A stretch of DNA of 12,051 nt from Candidatus Latescibacterota bacterium (GTDB taxonomy: Bacteria > Latescibacterota > UBA2968), in NCBI GenBank assembly GCA_038279365.1, contig JAYODI010000123.1, positions 1-12,051 of the forward strand. The letters run 5' to 3'. This document shows positions 6,668-12,051 of this stretch, one piece after another. The notes under the pieces are model-generated. The model was not told the origin of the DNA. It saw nothing but the letters and a program-made list of their open reading frames with translations, and did no database searches. How positions within the stretch are numbered: position 1 is the first letter of the stretch; every line of letters starts with the position of its first letter. Made by a program: the position numbers and the translations under genes.

Positions 6668-8491
6668 TTATGTGATATTGAAATCTAAGTGGCGGACTCG
6701 GGTGTCTTTTTGGATGGTGACGCGGCCGCTGTTCCAGTCGGCTTGTAAAAAGGGGCTGTCGAATGCTTGGGGGGGTGCGTAGTCGATGGGGTGGTGGTCT
6801 ATTTGGGGTGGTTGGTTTTGAGTGATGTCGAAGGTAAAGGTGTTGCCATAGGTGCTGGTATAGTTGAGCGTGTTGTTTGACAGGTCTATTGGGTTGTTGA
6901 GAATGGTTTGTTGAAAGGTGTCGAAATCGATGTATTCGCTTTTGAGGGCGACTTCTAAGATGATGGGGGACCATTCGTTTTCTAAGACCATCCATTGACC
7001 GTTGGGGCTGGTTTCGGGTTGCCAAGTGGTGTTGCCCAACACGGGGCAGACTGCGGCGTAGGCACCATTGGATTCTGTGAATGTCCAATTGTTGATTGTT
7101 TGTGGAGACGATAAACCGGCTTCGGAGAACCAGACGCGCATGGTTAAAGATTTGGTGCTGGTTTTGAGTTTTTGGCAGATGAGGGTGCCTTTGTGTTGGG
7201 CAGACCATTGTTGGTTGAAGGTGACGCGGTCGCCGTCTGATTGGCATTGGGGAACAATGCGCGCATTGTGGTGGCCTTTGAAGATGATGCCGTGCCAACG
7301 GTTTTGGGAGCTGATCATGGCCCATTCGTTCATGGGGCGTGCTTCGAGGAGCGGGGTGCCTATGATGAATTCGGGGGTGCAATAGGTGTAGCGATGAATG
7401 CCACCGTAGTCTGTGCGCATGCGGTAATCGGGCGGGCCGTAAAAGCCTGTTTTGACAAGACCGAGGGGGCGTTGGTGAATTTCGTAAATGCCGCGGCCTG
7501 ATGGGTCTAATGCCAAGTCTGTGACGACATCGGGCGGTTGATAATCACTGAGGGCGGCAGAGATGATGGGAGAGGTGAGATTGAATGGGTCACACAGGCC
7601 AAAATAGAGGTAGGCCAAGAGTTGGATGTGTCTTCCGCCCGAAGCCAAGGAACCGCCGCCTTGGTAGATGCGTGTGCGCCCCCCACCGACCACGCCGTCG
7701 ATTTGTTCTTGTGCCCAATAGGCCCAGTAGAGGTCTAAGAGTTGGTGGACTTGCTTTTTTAAAATGGGGTCTTCGGCAAAGTCGTAAACATTGTAGAGGC
7801 CTTTGAGGAGAATGCCGTTGTAACCGTCGTTTTGCATTTCGATGAAGAGGCCTTTTTTGGCGCGCTCGGTGCAGTAGGCTTTGATGTAGGTGGTCCAGGC
7901 ATGGTGATGCTCATTCACGGAACCACCGTCATCGTATGTGGCGTTTTGATATTCGGGGCGATCTTTTGCGAGTTTGGCAAAGTGCCAGTTGGTGGTGAAG
8001 ATTTGTACGTGATGGTTTTCAGATTCCCAGACGTGCCATGTTTTGGAGAGTTCGGTTTCGGCGTCGCTGAGTTTGGAGTGCGATTTGGCGTATTGCCAGG
8101 CGGGTTCTAAGAGTTTGGTTTCTGTTTGGGCCGTTAATAGACCCGGTGTGACGGTGCCTTGTGTGCCGTAGCGTTCGATGAGACCAAATACCACTTCGAT
8201 GTGCCAGTGGAAGCTGTCGCGGTCGTTGATGTCTTTGGGGTGGTCTAAGTAGTGTTGGGCGTTTTCAACGAGGGCGGCGTTGGCTTCTGCGATTTGTTCG
8301 TTGAGGTAAAAGCAGCGGGCGGCAAATTCGCAGATGGAGAAAGAGTAATGGCGTACATAGTTGCCACGCCCAGGTTTTAAGGGAGGGCGTTTTTCGGCGC
8401 GTTGGAGGGGTTTGTGCGCTTCGGCTTGAAAGAGGGCATGAACGCGGTTTTTAAATCCGTTGCGAACGGTTTGGAGTGCGTTGTCGGTCAT
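6668..8491 (-). CDS. Uncharacterised 607-aa protein, paralogue of 1240..3351; candidate heparinase II/III-like polysaccharide lyase fold
   Basis: Long ORF whose ATG overlaps the rlmL stop (ATGA at 8491-8488), TAA at 6668-6670. Motifs WESENHH, TERAKKGLFIE, LDLYWAYWAQ, GGGRTR, TPEFIIGT, RWHG, QHKGTLICQ, SPIILE, FDSPFLQA.WNSG match the 703-aa ORF in order. The N-terminal half looks helical and the C-terminal half beta-rich. No signal peptide. The CDS is secure; the function is inferred. Confidence 0.85.
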   Translation of the reverse strand: MTDNALQTVRNGFKNRVHALFQAEAHKPLQRAEKRPPLKPGRGNYVRHYSFSICEFAARCFYLNEQIAEANAALVENAQHYLDHPKDINDRDSFHWHIEVVFGLIERYGTQGTVTPGLLTAQTETKLLEPAWQYAKSHSKLSDAETELSKTWHVWESENHHVQIFTTNWHFAKLAKDRPEYQNATYDDGGSVNEHHHAWTTYIKAYCTERAKKGLFIEMQNDGYNGILLKGLYNVYDFAEDPILKKQVHQLLDLYWAYWAQEQIDGVVGGGRTRIYQGGGSLASGGRHIQLLAYLYFGLCDPFNLTSPIISAALSDYQPPDVVTDLALDPSGRGIYEIHQRPLGLVKTGFYGPPDYRMRTDYGGIHRYTYCTPEFIIGTPLLEARPMNEWAMISSQNRWHGIIFKGHHNARIVPQCQSDGDRVTFNQQWSAQHKGTLICQKLKTSTKSLTMRVWFSEAGLSSPQTINNWTFTESNGAYAAVCPVLGNTTWQPETSPNGQWMVLENEWSPIILEVALKSEYIDFDTFQQTILNNPIDLSNNTLNYTSTYGNTFTFDITQNQPPQIDHHPIDYAPPQAFDSPFLQADWNSGRVTIQKDTRVRHLDFNIT

Positions 8492-9687
8492 CGTCTTTCG
8501 GCTTTCTCAAATTGACCTTCTCGTCGATCACTTGCGCCCAATTTGTAGATCATGAGTTTGCAGGGCAATGTGCCATTAAAAAAGTCGTAGGTGCGTCGGG
8601 GTTTGAGTTTGATGGCAGGGGCCCATTCGGGGCGGCCTGTGAATATGGCTGCGCGCCATCCGGGGAAATGTTCGCGTAAAACATCGCCAATTTGGCTGTA
8701 GACACGGCGGGCTGTTTCTTCGCTACCCAGGCGTTCGCCATAGGGTGGATTGGTAATGAGCAAGCCGATTTCGTCGTCTAAGGCTCTGATTTGTTTGACG
8801 CTTTTTTGTTCGAGCTCAACCACATCTAATAGACCGGCACGTTCGAGGTTTTCGCGTGCGAGAGATAAGGCAATGGGGTCTACGTCGGAACCAACAATGG
8901 GTGGTAAGGTTTTAAGCCCGGCTTCTTTGCGCTCGTGGGCGTTGGTGAGGAGGTCGCGCCATAAAAAGGCGTCGTGTTGGAGCCAGTTTTCAAAACCAAA
9001 ATAGGATCGCGATAAGTTGGGGGCAATATCACCTGCCATCATGGCCCCTTCAATGAGGAGGGTGCCCGACCCACACATGGGGTCCATGAGGGTGTTGCCT
9101 TCTTCGGCGTCTCTGGGCCAACGGGCTTTGAGCAAGAGGGCGGCGGCCAAGTGTTCTTTTAAGGGGGCTTCGCCACCGTCTTTGCGGTATCCACGCCTGT
9201 GCAAACTTTCGCCAGAGAGGTCCAAGCTGATGGTGGCTTTGTTGCGAAAGAGATAGGCATTCACGCGTATATCTGGGCGTTCTAACTCCACATTGGGGCG
9301 GGTGCCCATTTGGTCTCGAAATTGATCGACAATGGCGTCTTTGACTTTGAGCGATGCAAAATGGGTGTGCGAGATTTCGGATTGTACAATGGCACAATCG
9401 ACGGCCAATGTGCCTTCGGGCATGAGGTGTGCAGACCAGTTGATGTTTTGCACACCTGCATAAAGAGCCTCTGGTGTTTCGGCAGGAAACTCGGCGAGTT
9501 TTAACAACAGTCGCCCAGCCACACGCGACCACAAACAAACGCGGTAAGCGGTTTCTTGGGTGCCTAAAAAGGAGACCCCTGAGCGAACGGTTTTGATGTC
9601 TTGCCCGCCTAAGGTTTCGATTTCTTCGGCCAAGAGTGCTTCTAAACCACGGGGGGTGGTTGCAAACAACGTCCATAAATCTGACAA
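8488..9687 (-). CDS. rlmL: THUMP-domain SAM-dependent rRNA methyltransferase, RlmL-type (23S rRNA m2G2445), stand-alone
   Basis: LFATTPRGLEALLAEE, YRVCLWSRVAGRLL, LKVKDAIVDQFR, LDLSGESLHRRGYR, APLKEHLAAALL, SAM motif DPMCGSGTLLIE and catalytic NPPYGERLG. 399 aa, TTG start at 9685-9687 preceded by AGGA. No RlmK half is attached. Confidence 0.9.
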   Translation of the reverse strand: MSDLWTLFATTPRGLEALLAEEIETLGGQDIKTVRSGVSFLGTQETAYRVCLWSRVAGRLLLKLAEFPAETPEALYAGVQNINWSAHLMPEGTLAVDCAIVQSEISHTHFASLKVKDAIVDQFRDQMGTRPNVELERPDIRVNAYLFRNKATISLDLSGESLHRRGYRKDGGEAPLKEHLAAALLLKARWPRDAEEGNTLMDPMCGSGTLLIEGAMMAGDIAPNLSRSYFGFENWLQHDAFLWRDLLTNAHERKEAGLKTLPPIVGSDVDPIALSLARENLERAGLLDVVELEQKSVKQIRALDDEIGLLITNPPYGERLGSEETARRVYSQIGDVLREHFPGWRAAIFTGRPEWAPAIKLKPRRTYDFFNGTLPCKLMIYKLGASDRREGQFEKAERR

Positions 9688-9692
9688 AGTGT

Positions 9693-10460
9693 TTATCCTG
9701 TTAAAGTTTTTTGATTTTCTGTTTTGAGCTGCGATTCAAACCATTTGAATGCCACGTCGTAACGCAGTTGATGACCGCCATCAAAAATTTCAAAGTAGAA
9801 GTTTTTGGGGTTTCGTTTTTCTATTTCTTGTGCGAGTTTAAAGGTATGTGTGTAAGGCACAGATGCATCGTGGCGACCGTGATGGACATAGAGGTTGGCT
9901 TGTGCGATGGTGTCTAAATAAGACATGGGAGAGCGTGCTTGATAGGCGCGGTCGATGTCTGTGCTTTCACCGGGTTTACCACCGCAACAGGTGGCTATGT
10001 GTGGTGCGTATTTTTCATTTTCGCTATGCCAAGTGGCCAAGTCGGTTATGGGCACCCACGCACTGATGGCGCGCCACTTGTTGGGGGCATGGCCAGCCAT
10101 CATGAGGGCCATATGCCCACCACCGCTGCCGCCCATGAGAAATATTTGGGTGGGGTCAATGGCATAATTTTGAGCGATGAAATCGACGGCGTCTATGACA
10201 TCTTGAATGGCCAGAGTTGATGCACAAGCTTGGAGGGCGCGTGGGTTGTTGTTTAGGTTTGCGCCTCTAAATTCGGGCAAGAGTAAAGCCCAACCTCGTT
10301 CTTGACAAAGGGGCAACATGGCATCGACTTGGTTAAATCGGTCGAAGCTCCAAGTGTGCAACCCAACAAATAAGGGTACGTTTGTTTTGTCTTGGGGAAA
10401 TTCAAATAAGACGGGTTCTTTGGAGCCGTCTATGGTAGATGTTATTTGAAGTTCGACCAT
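9693..10460 (-). CDS. Alpha/beta hydrolase, prolyl-oligopeptidase (S9)-like catalytic domain; esterase or peptidase of unknown substrate
   Basis: PLFVGLHTWS, LLPEFRG, IDPTQIFLMGGSGGGH (G-x-S-x-G), HHGRHDASVP (Asp) and FDGGH (His). 255 aa, ATG 3 nt after the yajQ stop. No beta-propeller domain. Confidence 0.85.
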   Translation of the reverse strand: MVELQITSTIDGSKEPVLFEFPQDKTNVPLFVGLHTWSFDRFNQVDAMLPLCQERGWALLLPEFRGANLNNNPRALQACASTLAIQDVIDAVDFIAQNYAIDPTQIFLMGGSGGGHMALMMAGHAPNKWRAISAWVPITDLATWHSENEKYAPHIATCCGGKPGESTDIDRAYQARSPMSYLDTIAQANLYVHHGRHDASVPYTHTFKLAQEIEKRNPKNFYFEIFDGGHQLRYDVAFKWFESQLKTENQKTLTG

Positions 10461-10463
10461 GGG

Positions 10464-10955
10464 TTAGTCTCGCATGTTGATAAATTGCAACGGAATTTCA
10501 TAGTTGCCGCCTTTGAGCAACGCGATGACGGCTTGCAAATCGTCAATTTTTTTGCCAGAGATACGCAGTTCATCTCCTTGAATGGAGGCTTGAACTTTCA
10601 TTTTTTTCTCTTTGATGTCTTTGACCATTTTTTTGGCCAGTACTTGTTCGATGCCTTCTTTGATGATTACTTCACGGCGCAAGGTTTTGCCACCGGCGGC
10701 TTGGGTTTCTTTAAATTCTAAACAGTTGACATCTAATTTTCGTCGTGTGGCGTGTGTGAGTAATATGTCACGCACGGCTTCCATTTTCATTTCATCTTCT
10801 GTGGTGATGGTGATGTGTTTGGCTTTTTCGTCTAATTCAACTTCTGTGTTTGAGCCTCGAAAATCGAAGCGTTGTAAGATTTCTTTTTTGGCATTGTTGA
10901 CGGTGTTGCTGATTTCTTGCATATCCACTTTGTTGACGACGTCAAATGAGGGCAT
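10464..10955 (-). CDS. yajQ: YajQ-family nucleotide / cyclic-di-GMP-binding protein
   Basis: 163 aa with the hallmark termini MPSFDVVNKVDMQE..N.V..A.KEI..RFDFRGS and KVQASIQGDELRISGKKIDDLQAVIALLK...PLQFINMRD. RBS AAGGAG at 10961-10966. Confidence 0.97.
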   Translation of the reverse strand: MPSFDVVNKVDMQEISNTVNNAKKEILQRFDFRGSNTEVELDEKAKHITITTEDEMKMEAVRDILLTHATRRKLDVNCLEFKETQAAGGKTLRREVIIKEGIEQVLAKKMVKDIKEKKMKVQASIQGDELRISGKKIDDLQAVIALLKGGNYEIPLQFINMRD

Positions 10956-10983
10956 GTTTGCTCCTTGGGTTGAAGATGAAAAC

Positions 10984-11070
10984 AGTCGCAGGTCTTCAGG
11001 TCGCAGGTCAAATTCAGTTGCTTTTTAATTTTTGGACTTGTGACTTGAAGACCTGTGACTTGCGACCGTG
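10984..11070. repeat. Heptamer-based imperfect inverted repeat (26-bp arms, 25-nt loop)
   Basis: Left arm AGTCGCAGGTCTTCAGGTCGCAGGTC (10984-11009) and right arm GACTTGTGACTTGAAGACCTGTGACT (11035-11060) form 22/26 Watson-Crick pairs. The right arm is made of GACYTGN units (GACTTGT GACTTGA A GACCTGT GACTTGC GACCGTG, running to 11070). Confidence 0.85.
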
Positions 11071-11074
11071 TTTT

Positions 11075-11926
11075 TTAGCCTTTGGACATGTGACTTGCAA
11101 CCATGTCTTTATAGGCTTTTTGAAGCTTCAGAGTGATGGGGCCGGGTTTGCCGTTTCCGACTTGCCAATCGTTTACTTGCACAACGGGCATGACTTCTGA
11201 GCCTGTTCCCAAAATCATCAGTTCATCTGCTTGGGACAACTTGTTTTCCAATATGGGAAATAAGCGTACTGGAATGTTGAGTTGTTGGCACAATTCTAAA
11301 ACAATGGCTCTGGTGATGCCGGGCAAGATGAGATTTGAATCGGGGTGGGTGTATAATACACCGTCGAAGATGCCACAAACGCTCGTGTGCGATCCTTCGG
11401 TGACGGCACCGTTGCGAATGAGAATGGCTTCGTCTACACCGGCTTCTTGTGCGCTTTGCTGGGCCAATACGTTGGCGAGCAATGATACCGATTTGATGTC
11501 GCAGCGCAACCACCGCATATCGGGTAAGGTGATGGTTTTGACGCCCGTTGTCCAGTCGGCAGGGTCCATATCAAATTTGCGGGCAAAGCCATAGACGGTG
11601 GGCGTAACATTGCCTTTGGGAAAGGCGTGAATTCTGGGCGCGGCTCCTCGGGTGATTTGGAGGTAAACGATGGCATCGTCTGTTTCGAGGTTGTTTTGTT
11701 TGAGCAGTTCGCGAGAGATGGTTTCGAAGTTGACGTTGGGTTGTTGAATTTGTAATTCTTTGAGGCTGCGTTCTAAGCGTGTGAGGTGTTTGTCCCAGGC
11801 GAATAGATGACCATTGTAACATCGGGTAACTTCGTAGACACCGTCGGAGAGCACAAACCCTCGGTCATCAGGCGAGATATGTGCTTCTTCTTTGGGCAGA
11901 TACTGGCCATTGAGATAAACGATCAT
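11075..11926 (-). CDS. dat: D-amino-acid (D-alanine) aminotransferase, PLP fold-type IV
   Basis: IVYLNGQY, DRGFVLSDGVYEV, HLTRLERS, YLQITRGAAPRIHAFP, RWLRCDIKSVSLLANVLA (Schiff-base Lys), TEGS, ILPGITR and GNGKPGPIT. The R-x-H-x-FP and RCDIKS motifs favour DAT over IlvE/PabC. Start ATG at 11924-11926 with GGAG 7 nt upstream (283 aa). Confidence 0.9.
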   Translation of the reverse strand: MIVYLNGQYLPKEEAHISPDDRGFVLSDGVYEVTRCYNGHLFAWDKHLTRLERSLKELQIQQPNVNFETISRELLKQNNLETDDAIVYLQITRGAAPRIHAFPKGNVTPTVYGFARKFDMDPADWTTGVKTITLPDMRWLRCDIKSVSLLANVLAQQSAQEAGVDEAILIRNGAVTEGSHTSVCGIFDGVLYTHPDSNLILPGITRAIVLELCQQLNIPVRLFPILENKLSQADELMILGTGSEVMPVVQVNDWQVGNGKPGPITLKLQKAYKDMVASHMSKG

Positions 11927-11978
11927 GGTGAGGCTCCAGTGAAAAATAGCCAAGGGAATTTTGGAATACGTATAGAAT

Positions 11979-12007
11979 AAGATACAGTTGGGAGGGTTTG
12001 GTGAAAA
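11979..12007 (-). promoter_or_regulatory. Putative sigma70-like promoter (TTTTCA-N17-TATCTT) for the dat-led operon
   Basis: The minus strand reads TTTTCA (12007-12002), 17 nt, TATCTT (11984-11979), about 50 nt upstream of the dat start. The same motif occurs at 1152-1179. Confidence 0.4.
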
Positions 12008-12051
12008 GGAGAAAGGTGGGTGGATTTTGAGAGGTGGGGGTGTTTTGTGTG

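Noticed and set aside
6618-7382. 254-aa alternative-frame ORF inside the 607-aa gene, and the similar 208-aa ORF 9050..9676 inside rlmL
   Set aside because: Shadow ORFs. The main frames carry the conserved motifs (paralogue-matching blocks, RlmL signatures); the alternative frames are His/Arg/Pro-biased with no recognisable domain.
8440-8500. Possible frameshifted rlmKL, since FKNRV near the start of the 607-aa ORF resembles the FANRL start of the RlmK domain
   Set aside because: The similarity is only a few residues. The rest of the ORF has no methyltransferase motifs and instead aligns with the 703-aa protein, and no RlmK sequence appears in the other listed frames.
10984-11070. Repeat region as a CRISPR array, tRNA or known riboswitch (for example c-di-GMP, given yajQ downstream)
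   Set aside because: No repeat-spacer periodicity, no cas genes, no cloverleaf and no GEMM-type consensus that I can recognise. The structure is explained by 7-mer units in inverted orientation.
107-11594. All plus-strand ORFs in the track (60-153 aa)
   Set aside because: Each is largely antisense to a well-supported minus-strand gene and none has recognisable motifs.
1-12051. Anti-phage defence, toxin-antitoxin, mobile-element or secondary-metabolite system
   Set aside because: No nuclease, NTPase, reverse transcriptase, cyclase, recombinase, transposase, NRPS/PKS or RiPP precursor motifs were recognised in any ORF.

Overview
Bacterial DNA with 11 complete protein-coding genes, all on the minus strand. 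In transcription order (right to left): D-amino-acid aminotransferase (dat), yajQ, an S9-type alpha/beta hydrolase, a stand-alone RlmL-type rRNA methyltransferase, a 607-aa unknown protein, a carbohydrate-esterase-like alpha/beta hydrolase, a hexapeptide-repeat O-acyltransferase, a small two-TM membrane protein, a Cys-type sulfatase, a 703-aa unknown protein and a probably secreted DUF4380/mutarotase-like protein. The main lead is that the 607-aa and 703-aa unknowns are diverged, collinear paralogues. Both carry SENH and ERAKxGxFxE(5 aa)Y motifs reminiscent of heparinase II/III-type (alpha-toroid plus beta-sandwich) polysaccharide lyases. With the neighbouring sulfatase and esterases they form a candidate module for breaking down sulfated, acetylated uronate glycans, possibly using an unclassified lyase family (inference only). 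Non-coding structure includes a heptamer-based 26-bp inverted repeat between dat and yajQ, a hairpin just upstream of the sulfatase, tandem operator-like palindromes at 1190-1230, and a TTTTCACC-N15-TATCT promoter-like motif found upstream of two different genes. No rRNA, tRNA, CRISPR array, transposase or integrase was seen. Family assignments come from motif recognition by eye, not from database searches.
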